32,000 bases of DNA from positions 482,809 to 514,808 of the forward strand of contig NZ_CP010546.1 in the NCBI RefSeq assembly GCF_001272835.1, written 5' to 3'. Position numbers and translations under genes: made by a program. Positions 1-8,149 of this stretch are shown here, one piece after another (within the stretch, counting starts at the first letter, position 1; every line of letters starts with the position of its first letter). The notes beneath the pieces were generated by a model that was not told the DNA's origin, ran no database searches, and saw only the letters and a program-made list of their open reading frames with translations. The DNA comes from Mycoplasmoides pneumoniae FH (GTDB lineage: Bacteria; Bacillota_I; Bacilli_A; Mycoplasmatales; Mycoplasmoidaceae).

Positions 1-473
1 TGGAACAATTAGCAATCCGTTTTCAATTTATTAAGGTCGAAAACCAGCTCGGTAAACAGTTAGGACAGGGTGAAGTCAACGGCATTCCCTTTCAACTAAT
101 AGTTGACAATCCCCAAACAGTCAACATCTTTAACCGGTTAACCAGGGTCAAAACAGCTTACAGTTTCGAACAGTTGGCAAGCCGATTTGTGGAGCTCGTG
201 CAACAGTACCATCAAGCAATGTATGACAAAGCCAAAGCAGTGGTACAGCAAAAGGTGGTGCAAGCCACTACTTTAAAGCAAATTGAACAAGCCTTTAATG
301 ACAAAAAGGCTGTTTTGTGTGCGGTTCGTTTAACCGATACATTAGAACAGCAATTAAAGGAACGGTACCAGGTCACGGTGCGCTGTTGCTTAGAGCAGCT
401 TCAAAAGCCCCAAATTTGTCCGTTTAGCGGTGAGTCAGCACAGGACTATGTCCTGATTGCGCGTGCCTATTAA
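1..473 (+). CDS. proS: Prolyl-tRNA synthetase, C-terminal fragment (5' end outside window)
   Basis: The frame of track ORF 174..473 stays open back to the window edge (..EQLAIRFQFIKVENQLGKQLGQGEVNGIPFQLIVDNPQTV..). It ends ..SGESAQDYVLIARAY + TAA 471-473. A C-terminal Tyr is typical of archaeal/eukaryote-like class II ProRS. The position upstream of the MG284-287-like block fits M. pneumoniae synteny. Confidence 0.85.
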   Translation, partial: EQLAIRFQFIKVENQLGKQLGQGEVNGIPFQLIVDNPQTVNIFNRLTRVKTAYSFEQLASRFVELVQQYHQAMYDKAKAVVQQKVVQATTLKQIEQAFNDKKAVLCAVRLTDTLEQQLKERYQVTVRCCLEQLQKPQICPFSGESAQDYVLIARAY

Positions 474-562
474 TAACTTTTTACGAAAACTTTTTGCTTA
501 AAAGCAAACCCTAAATGTAAAGGCTAAAAAGGTGGTTTTTATTTTCCACTTCTGGTCGTTTT

Positions 563-592
563 TTGTCAATAAAATCAGTTAAACCTTTAAAT
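563..592 (+). promoter_or_regulatory. Sigma-70-type promoter: -35 TTGTCA (563-568), 18-nt spacer, -10 TTAAAT (587-592)
   Basis: The motif is read directly from the sequence. It lies in the proS/ORF-618 intergenic region, 25 nt upstream of ATG 618. The -35 and the spacing match the TTGTCA-N18/19-ATTWAT consensus reported for the M. genitalium sigma-20 regulon. The -10 matches only 4/6. Confidence 0.35.
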
Positions 593-617
593 TTTTTAAG
601 GTTTTTTTGATCTATTT

Positions 618-986
618 ATGAGTTTTAAAGTTAAAAACCAGAGTAAGCACCTATACTCTTTAATGACGAAATTTAAACGTTCGCAACTGATCTTGAAGCA
701 CCAAAGCAATAACTTTGCCTCAGAGTTGTGGAACGAAGAGGACATTATCCGCTCCAAGCAGTTTATCGAACTTATAGAAGACACGCTGCTCCACCTCAAG
801 AAGGATACGGTCGACTTTATTTACGACATCTTCATTTATGGGAAGAAGCCGTGTGATATTAGTTACTCCAATTCGACCTATTACAAAAAGTTAAACAAGG
901 CTGCAAATAGTTTTTTTGACCATTTTGTCTGGGAGGCTCCAATTTATAAGACAAAGGAGCTTAAAAATGACAATTCTCACAGTTAG
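618..986 (+). CDS. Small (122 aa) hypothetical protein with a possible HTH (ArpU / sigma-70 region-4-like) C-terminal half; MG284-homologue position
   Basis: ATG 618 to TAG 984-986 with no internal TGA. The C-terminal segment ..GKKPCDISYSNSTYYKKLNKAANSFFDHF resembles the ..IS.STYYR.K.KAL..FA.. helix-turn-helix of ArpU-type/sigma region 4 proteins. This is a by-eye inference only. Confidence 0.75.
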   Translation: MSFKVKNQSKHLYSLMTKFKRSQLILKHQSNNFASELWNEEDIIRSKQFIELIEDTLLHLKKDTVDFIYDIFIYGKKPCDISYSNSTYYKKLNKAANSFFDHFVWEAPIYKTKELKNDNSHS

Positions 987-1350
987 ACAAATTCAAAATA
1001 ATTACTATACGGAATACTACATGGGTCCGGTTAGAAACTTTGCTGACAAAAAGGAAGTTTACTTTGATGCTAAGGTAAACAATATTGAAAGCAAAGTCAA
1101 CAAGGATAAAGCCTTGTTACACATAACCCTGGCGTTAAAGTACGACAGTAACTTTCCCAGTAATATGTTCCAAGCTCAGTTTAAACTGGGTAATTGAAGT
1201 AGTGAAAAGATTCCGCTGCAAAAAGCACCGGATAAAAATCCGATCTGGAAAATAAGATTCACTATTTTTATGCCACTTTGGAAGTGCCACGAACTGCCCT
1301 TATTAAACGGGAAATTAACCGCATTAGTGAGTATATTCGTGAAGAATTAA
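967..1350 (+). CDS. Hypothetical protein, 5' segment of a frame-disrupted locus (or a separate 127-aa ORF)
   Basis: ATG 967 is preceded by AAGGAG (953-958) and overlaps the previous ORF by 20 nt. TGA at 1195-1197 is read as Trp. This frame ends at TAA 1348-1350, but its last ~35 codons (..IRFTIFMPLWKCHELPLLNGKL..) look non-native, while the -1 frame looks native from 1236 onward. Confidence 0.5.
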
Positions 1351-2006
1351 CAATTGCTTTTCGCTTAAATGACAGTAGTGATCGCTACCATTGGAGTAAC
1401 TATAACCTGTTCGATACAGTGGCAGCTGATATGTACCAAACGGTCATTAAAGAAACCGTTACCTTTGGTAACATGATTAGACTAAACCAACTCGAGGGCG
1501 AGAAGGAAGGTAACATCCAACAAAGTGAACTTAAATATGGTTGAACGATGTTGGACTACCGCAATATGGGGCCGCTGGAAGAGGTTAATAATTTAATTAA
1601 TATTAAGTTTAACCAACCAGTAAAAGTGGTAAGTGTTGGTGTGACCGTAAGCTATACAGCGCCTGATGGTAAACGCCAAGAGCTCAAAGATCAAGCTGAA
1701 TACCAGCACACCCTCAACCCCAATGAAGAGTTCAAACTGAACTTTCCCAGACGGCTAAGCTTTAACAGGGTAACTAAAAAGTTGGACTTTGACCCCAATG
1801 GTAGTGCCGTGTTCCTACCACAGGGTGGCTTTGGTAGCTATGAGATCAAACTGGAGGCTAATGTCGGCAACCAGTTCTACACAATTGTGGCTACTAACAG
1901 CTTTGAGTACGCCCATCCGTTTGACGATCCCAAGACCAATGACTTCTTTCTGGTGCAGTACGCTCCAGTCTACAGTCTGTTTAACTTTAGCGATTTAATT
2001 CAGTAA
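1278..2006 (+). CDS. Hypothetical protein, 3' segment of the same locus (frame open from 1236; no ATG near its start)
   Basis: Track ORFs 1278..1544 and 1548..2006 share one frame and are joined by TGA 1542-1544 (..SELKYGWTMLDYRN..). The frame is open back to TAA 1233-1235 (KSDLENKIHYFYATLEVPRTALIKR..). The only nearby candidate starts are TTG 1278 and GTG 1284. Stop is TAA 2004-2006. Confidence 0.55.
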
Positions 2007-2012
2007 TTGACC

Positions 2013-2606
2013 ATGATCTTCTCAATTAGTAAACGCAAGTTAATTTGTGGCTTTTCCCTAGTAGCCCTTACAATCGCTGGGATTGTTGGTGGGGTTTACT
2101 TAGTCACCAAAAACAATCAACAAACCACACCACAAACAAATCACTTTAATGTAGCTGAACCAGTCAACAAGGTCCCTAATTGGCGCAAACTAGGTCCAGA
2201 AACACAACGCGAACTGCGCGATCGTCTGTATCCCTTAGATGACACAGGTTACTTTATTTACAAGTACGGTGCCATTAGTCGCTACCTCCAAAGCCAAAAG
2301 GAACTGGATGAACTAGTCGATTACCGCACCGTGTTACCCTCCACCCAAAAGCACTTTAAGTATGATTCCTTTAACCAAAGCGTGTTGGAAAGTAAGCTGC
2401 GTAAGTGGTTAATGAAAGCCATTAAACAACACCCGTACTTTCAGCACTTTGAGTTTGATCCGGTGCTTAAAGCACAGTACAATATCAACATTCCTGCTCA
2501 AAAAATTACGGTGAATGCAGTTTGGTTTTACAAAAAGGATAATGATCTCACCACGGGCAAGCCAATCCGCTATTGGGATCAGTTTGAAATTAAACTAAAG
2601 CAGTAG
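2013..2606 (+). CDS. Membrane-anchored hypothetical protein (single N-terminal TM helix, ~160-aa extracytoplasmic domain); MG286-homologue position
   Basis: ATG 2013 lies 7 nt after the previous stop. The N-terminal hydrophobic stretch is LICGFSLVALTIAGIVGGVYLV, and no good lipobox is present. The ORF ends with three tandem stops, TAG TAA TAA (2604-2612). Confidence 0.75.
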   Translation: MIFSISKRKLICGFSLVALTIAGIVGGVYLVTKNNQQTTPQTNHFNVAEPVNKVPNWRKLGPETQRELRDRLYPLDDTGYFIYKYGAISRYLQSQKELDELVDYRTVLPSTQKHFKYDSFNQSVLESKLRKWLMKAIKQHPYFQHFEFDPVLKAQYNINIPAQKITVNAVWFYKKDNDLTTGKPIRYWDQFEIKLKQ

Positions 2607-2617
2607 TAATAAATCTT

Positions 2618-2623
2618 TATAAT
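2618..2623 (+). promoter_or_regulatory. Consensus -10 box TATAAT upstream of the ACP/tRNA-Trp unit
   Basis: An exact TATAAT sits 17 nt upstream of ATG 2641, in the short AT-rich spacer after the triple stop. Confidence 0.35.
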
Positions 2624-2640
2624 TCTTATTGGGTTTACCG

Positions 2641-2895
2641 ATGCAAGAGCGTGACATTCTTTTAAAAATTAAAGAGATCGCTAAGGCTAAAAACTTCAAA
2701 ACTGAGTTAGATGAAAGTGTGTTGCAAAAACCCTTTCGCGAACTGAAAATTGACTCACTTGATATGTTTAGCGTGATTGTCAGCTTAGAAAAGGAGTTTG
2801 ACATTATGTTTGAAGATGAAAAACTGATGCAGCTCAATAATCTCGCTGAGTTAATTGCTGAGGTAAAACACCTAATAAGTCAAAAAGGGGTATAG
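2641..2895 (+). CDS. acpP: Acyl carrier protein (84 aa)
   Basis: ATG 2641 (the track started at the upstream TTG 2629). The phosphopantetheine-attachment motif ..LKIDSLDMFSVIV.. (DSL) is present. The protein is small and acidic, as expected for ACP. Stop is TAG 2893-2895. Confidence 0.85.
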   Translation: MQERDILLKIKEIAKAKNFKTELDESVLQKPFRELKIDSLDMFSVIVSLEKEFDIMFEDEKLMQLNNLAELIAEVKHLISQKGV

Positions 2896-2960
2896 TTCAA
2901 AGGTAGAACATCTGTCTTCAAAATAGAGTGTTGTGGGTTCGAGTCCTGCTACCCCTGCCA
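2886..2960 (+). tRNA. trnW: tRNA-Trp, anticodon UCA (reads UGA/UGG), with encoded CCA
   Basis: The acceptor stem AGGGGTA/TACCCCT is a perfect 7 bp. The D arm is GTTC..GAAC. The anticodon stem is TCTGT/ATAGA with loop CT-TCA-AA. The T arm is GTGGG-TTCGAGT-CCTGC (two G-U pairs). The discriminator is G, followed by CCA. Confidence 0.9.
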
Positions 2961-2971
2961 TTAAAGATTTG

Positions 2972-3001
2972 GCCTAGTGTTGAATGACACTGGGCTTTTT
3001 T
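2972..3001 (+). terminator. Rho-independent terminator after tRNA-Trp
   Basis: The stem is GCCTAGTGT (2972-2980) / ACACTGGGC (2987-2995): 9 bp with one G-U pair and a 6-nt loop. A run of six T follows at 2996-3001. It overlaps the 3' end of the convergent minus-strand reading frame. Confidence 0.6.
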
Positions 3002-3299
3002 ATTGCTTTGATTCAATCAATTCAAAGAAGTTGGCGTTTTCCTGATCACGGAAGGTGGTTTTCACGCGACGAATTTGCTTTACGTCAATGTTCCAGTGCT
3101 TACATTTTAATCATGGTGCAAAATCAGTTTTGTGTGTTTCTCACTGACTTCAGTTGTTTAAAACCACGGTAACTTGCTCGTTGTTGTTAGTGTTAGTAAA
3201 GGTGATGAAAACAGGTTCAAAGCCTTGTTTGTTAACCTTTAGTTTGGGTGGTACAGACTGCTTAATGTCGAGCACACCGGTTTGATCATCCACCGTTAC
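3000..3299 (-). other. In-frame continuation of the GDSL-hydrolase reading frame after the TAA (99 sense codons + TAA 3000-3002)
   Basis: In the same frame immediately after TAA 3300-3302: VTVDDQTGVLDIKQSVPPKLKVNKQGFEPVFITFTNTNNNEQVTVVLNNWSQWETHKTDFAPWLKCKHWNIDVKQIRRVKTTFRDQENANFFELIESKQ*. It contains only three TGA and no TAA/TAG. It could be a severed C-terminus or a small separate ORF starting at GTG 3293. Confidence 0.5.
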
Positions 3300-5639
3300 T
3301 TAGGGCAACTCTACCACTGTTGCTGGCTTTTTGAGATAACCAAAACTCAAATAGCCCAAACTAGCAAAGGCTGAATTTTGTCAATCAAACCCAACAGTTG
3401 TTAAGATATTGCGCATGTATTCCACATTACCGTTCACTGAAAGGTGGGAAAATTTATCGGCAAAGTAAAACGACTTCTTTAAAAAATCAGTGTTAAACAG
3501 TTTGTTTTCATTAATATCAATCCCACTCACTTTAGCTAACTGTAAGAACAAACTCTTTTGGTCTAGTAAATGAACAAAGCTGCTGTAATTACTATCTTTA
3601 GGAATACCTTCGAGAAAATCGTTAAAGGTTTTTCAGTTCTTTTCAGAGCTTCGCAGTAAGCTAGATGGAGCAATGTTGGCTAAAACAACATGGGCTTGAG
3701 GACTTTGCGTATGTAACAGATCCAGTATTTGGGTAAGATTATGTTTGTATTGCTCGACTGTGTAAACCCCTTGCGCTAACTGGTTAATGTCATTAGTACC
3801 CAAATTAAGTACATAAACATCAATGTTGTTGTACTGCTTAAAGCGATGATTTTGCATGTACAACTCTAAGGAGGTGTTACTACCATTAATGGCACTGTTG
3901 ATCACTACATCACGGTAACGACCAAAGTCATTTTTCAAGCTTTGTTCCAACAGTTGTGGGGCACTACTGTATCCGTCAGTACCAACACCATGAGTCATCG
4001 AATCACCAATAAACAACCAGTTGGCTTGGGTTTTATCTTTTAAGAAATCAAAGATAGTTGGTGTGTTGTCTTTTTCTTTATTAATCCAACCGTTAATTAC
4101 CTGGTATGAACCTTGCCCGTCTGTCCTTGTAATTTGAAGTAGGTAGTTGAGTGGCTCATTTTCTTTTATATCAAGTGCTTTATGGATATATTTCCAGTAA
4201 AGAGATATGTCAATTTGTTTGTTAGTAATGGTACCGTTTCAACGCAAATAGCTGGTAGGACGTTTCTTAATATCTCTAGCGTTAAAGTCACTCGCAAACG
4301 AAAGCTGGTACTGCAGCCCATTAGGATTAACCTCTGTACTTTCAATTTCCAACTCTTTGGTTTTAGTCTTTCAAGTAACAGTAAAGGGATTGGAAGTAGT
4401 TACCAAATTAGCTTTAGCATTATTGAAAAAGTCCGTTTCTAAGTTGTAGTTGGGATCATCAAAATCAATCCTGTCATTAATGACATTGGTGTCATGGTAA
4501 TGGCCAAAGCTGTAGTAATTTTTTACATCAAACTGGGTTTCTTCATTAATTGGTATAGCTTCTAGTGATGGTTCTGTAACTTCCACTGGCAATGGTTCAG
4601 CGCCAGTAGCTTTTAACACTTGTGCTAACTGTTTACCAATCGCAAATTCTCCTTGCAAACTTAAGCTAACTTTGTCTTCACTCAAATAATTGCCGCTAAG
4701 TCAATCACTAGGTACAAAGTCACCTTCAAAGTGATCAACTACCTTAATTTTGGACGCAAAATTACGGTTTTGATCAGTTAATTGCTTAACGGTGGCTAAA
4801 GCGACAAAGTTAAGGACACTTAACTTCTCGTTAAAAGCTGAATCATTTGTTTTTCAGTGCAATTGCAAAATGAAAAAGTTGTCCTTTTCAGCCTTTTCAC
4901 CAACTTGCTTTTTAATGAGTGCGGTTAGATTATTGACAAACTCCTCGTAATAATCAACCCGCTCTGCATCCGCTTGGGAAGTGAGGTAAACTAGCGTACG
5001 TGGTTTGTAAATTGAAAGTACCCGTTCTTGAAAGCTCTCATTAATATCTTTCATAGTCTGCCCGGCAAAACCAAAGTTTGCTATCTTACCTTCAAACCGA
5101 GCACTAGCAAACACAAACTGATCGCTAAAATTAATGTCGCTGATAGTTTGTTTATCACTGTTTCATTCGCATAAAACATCAACCCGATCAACTTGTCCAG
5201 CTGGTCAGTTCGGGTTGGATCAAAAGCGCCAGTACTGGTCAAAGTAAGCGACAAAGTTACGCGCACCGTGTAGTCGAGCAAAGTCGCTAACTAATTCCTT
5301 ACCACCAGTTCAAGCAAAGCTTAAGGATGGGAGTTGGTACCTAATTTTGTTGTCATGTTCTTCACCATCCCTAGCATAAAAGTCCAATACCTTGCTTTGG
5401 AATTCACTACCCCAACTCGCTATTTCTGTTTTGCTAATGTTAGTTGGTAAATTTAAGGGTTCAATCTTTTGTTGATGGGTGGAGCTCGGTAGTTGGATGT
5501 TGATATTTTTCACAAAGAGTGGTGAAACATCACTCTGAGTGCCCATTAAAAAGAGGGTAAAGAAGGCACCAACACTTACACCACAACCAAAAAAGGCTAG
5601 AGAATTGAGTCAGTATCTGTACTTTGTGCGTTTTTTCAT
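3300..5639 (-). CDS. Large exported/membrane-anchored protein with a C-terminal SGNH/GDSL hydrolase (lipase/esterase) domain; reading frame stops at an internal-looking TAA
   Basis: ATG at 5639 (MKKRTKYRYWLNSLAFFGCGVSVGAFFTLFL..: N-terminal hydrophobic anchor). Track fragments 5310..5546, 4854..5114, 4371..4685 and 3633..4016 share one frame. I walked every gap codon by codon and found only TGA. SGNH block I is FIGDSMTHG and block III is LNLGTNDI. The first non-TGA stop is TAA at 3300-3302. Confidence 0.8.
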
Positions 5640-5866
5640 ATTGGTTTATTCCGGTTCATTAATGAGTTATTTTTATTGAATAACAGCAACTGCAACTTTA
5701 CCTGTTATTTAGCTATAACTAATTTTAAAACTTTGTAATTTTGAACCACATTTTTTTGAAAGAATTGGCAATCGGGATAAATTGCTATTTTGAAAAATTC
5801 AAAATTATTAAAATTAATCCCAAATGTTTTTTGGGTTTTCAAAAACTCTCTAATAACAAATAAACA

Positions 5867-8149
5867 ATGGTTATTAAGAAGGGTTTTTTCGCGTTATCAA
5901 GTTGCACATTAGGTCTAGGTCTTATTTTAACTGCATGTGGTGCTAGGGGTAAATTTGACCAAGTTGACGATGGTGTTATTAAGCTAGCTACTTCAATCCA
6001 AAATAAGGACAGTATCGCTGCTTTAAACACCATTTACAAGAAGTATAAGGAACGCCATCCAGGGAGTTATCCAGTTCAAAATTTTCAGGTTCCCGGTGGT
6101 TACAGTGGTTTACGGAACGACATTAGAACGCGTTTATCAGCTAAAGATGGCAACAACTTTTACAACATAGTACTCAACTATCCTGATGTTGTCTCCTCAT
6201 TGGCTACAAGTGACATGCAACTAATATTGGATAACGTTGACACCAAGCTCCTTTCGAAAAATTTCTTGAGCTTTAACGAGCGAATTGGTGGTGTACGACA
6301 AAAGGGGATTTATGCAATTCCCATTTCCCTTTCCACTGAATTAATGGTGCTCAACGGACCGGTATTGCACTATATTTTGAACAGTGCTAAGAAGAAGGAA
6401 AACGGTGCTCAAATGATTAAAAGATCAGGTAGTTTTTCCACTGTTCAAAAAGGTACCATGGCAATCGACATGAATGATCAAAAAACCAAAGATCTTTGAC
6501 AAAAAATCGAAAACGCTGCTAAGGCTAATGGTAAGACAACTAGCACTCAAACAAGTCCACAACCAAAAAACGCTGTTAGCTCACTCCAGCTAAAACAGGC
6601 AGCTGAAGGTACTAGCACTGATAATTCTCAGGATGCAGAAAATAGCGATAACGAAATCAAAAAGACTTGGGGTGAATACAAGGAAGAGGGTAACCACACA
6701 CTGAAGGGTTACACCTTTAAGGCTAGTGTCTTTGAAAACTGAAATGAACTATTAGACTTTTCCACGCGGGTAGCCAATTCGTTCCCAGACAAAATTAAAA
6801 ATCAAGCATCTAAGAAAGCTACCGAACTGCAAGGTGTCTTTGGGGTTGACAGCGTCTCTGGTGCTTTATTTTCCGCTACCTTTGCTGCTGGTGGTGGAGA
6901 CTATGATAAGTTCTTCTTTAATGTAAAGAATGGTCGGGGTAATTTTAGAAATTTACTCGAAAAGGGTAGTTCTTACAATAATCTGCAAAAGGTCTTTAAC
7001 GATTACAAGCAGTTAATTAGCTCTAACGGTTTGTACATTAATAAAGGTGGTGCTTATTCCAGTAACTTCTTAAAGTTTCACCAGTTAGCTTTTAGTGTGG
7101 GTTCCAGTTCTGGTTACAATTTTGCTTTTGCTGGTGAAAGCGCTAAACGCTTGGAATTTGGCCAGAAAGCAATCGAGTACCCACGTGACACTTACGAAAT
7201 TAAGGCACCTACAAATAGCCAAAATGGTAATGGTACCCTTCTAGGTAGTTTTACTAAAAGTAAAAGTAATGGCAAAGAACAAAGTGGGCAAGATGAGGAT
7301 AACCAGACCAGTGAAACGATTGAGCTTTACAAAAGCAGCGTTCCTAGTGGTAAAGAGGCGGGTAAAAATGCGCTTGCTATTACCAATCAACAACTAATTT
7401 CGGCTTTAGAAAATGCTGCAAAAGATAATAAAACCTCCCAACCACAAGCACGATCACTTACAGCTTCTGATCAAGTTCAAATTACACAAAGTTCAGATAA
7501 GGTTATTGGTTACATCACCACATCTAATTTGGACATTGACAACAACAATACCTTTGATGTTGGTAAGTTAAACGGTGATAAGTCAACCAGCAAAATCATT
7601 GTTAACGCTACTTTAAAAACCTTAAACAAGATCAACACCTTGCAAAGCGAAGAGGGCATTATTCTGCCCCATCCACAAAAATATAAGAGTACTGATCCAC
7701 AAGCTGTCGCTACCGTTCAGGGTCCAAGTATTATTGGTGTTCATGCTAACGCTAAGGAAAACGCTGAAACCCAAAAATTTATCAACTGGTTTATTAACCA
7801 AAAAGAAACTTGACCTGAAAATAGTAAGGGAAATAAGAATGGCCAAAATTGTCAAATGACCGCAGCACAATACTTTGCTAAGAGCTCTGGTTATGTTTTA
7901 CCTTACAGTGAAACGTTTACTAAACAAAGTGAAGACGAACACAGCAAAACTAAAGACGCTTATAAGATCTTGAAAGATGTAAACGATGGTAAGTTAGTTG
8001 GTTACAGTGATCCAAGTGATTTCCGTTCTGGTAAATTCCGTGACACAATTGTCGCTGCTTTTAGTGGTGCTGTAAGCTCTAAAGCTGACTTTAATAAGTT
8101 CTTTAAAGATTTTGAACAACAATTAGGTCAAGAATACAGAAGGGGTTAA
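5867..8149 (+). CDS. Lipoprotein (760 aa), solute-binding-protein-like ends with a low-complexity central region
   Basis: ATG 5867 with signal peptide and lipobox ..GLGLILTAC-G. Track ORFs 5867..6499, 7031..7813 and 7856..8149, plus the gap 6500-7030, form one frame interrupted only by TGA (6497, 6740, 7811). Stop is TAA 8147-8149. The SBP-like assignment is a by-eye inference. Confidence 0.85.

Noticed and set aside
916-947. Second promoter candidate, TTGACC (916-921) - 20 nt - ATTTAT (942-947), upstream of ATG 967
   Set aside because: The -10 fits ATTWAT exactly, but the spacer of 20 nt is outside the 18/19 window and the -35 is not TTGTCA. It also lies inside ORF 618-986. I kept it only as an alternative to test.
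1231-1240. Programmed -1 ribosomal frameshift at GAT AAA AAT
   Set aside because: The sequence is not a canonical X XXY YYZ heptamer, because a T precedes the A run and the -1 frame has TAA at 1233-1235. No downstream stem-loop or pseudoknot is evident. A simple indel or split gene is more parsimonious.
2984-3172. Plus-strand ORF 2984..3172 (62 aa) after the terminator
   Set aside because: It starts inside the terminator hairpin, and the opposite strand carries the well-behaved continuation of the GDSL-hydrolase frame.
5081-5281. Minus-strand ORF 5081..5281 in a different frame from the GDSL hydrolase
   Set aside because: It overlaps the verified hydrolase frame, which runs through this interval with TGA=Trp. 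It is a TGA-free shadow frame.
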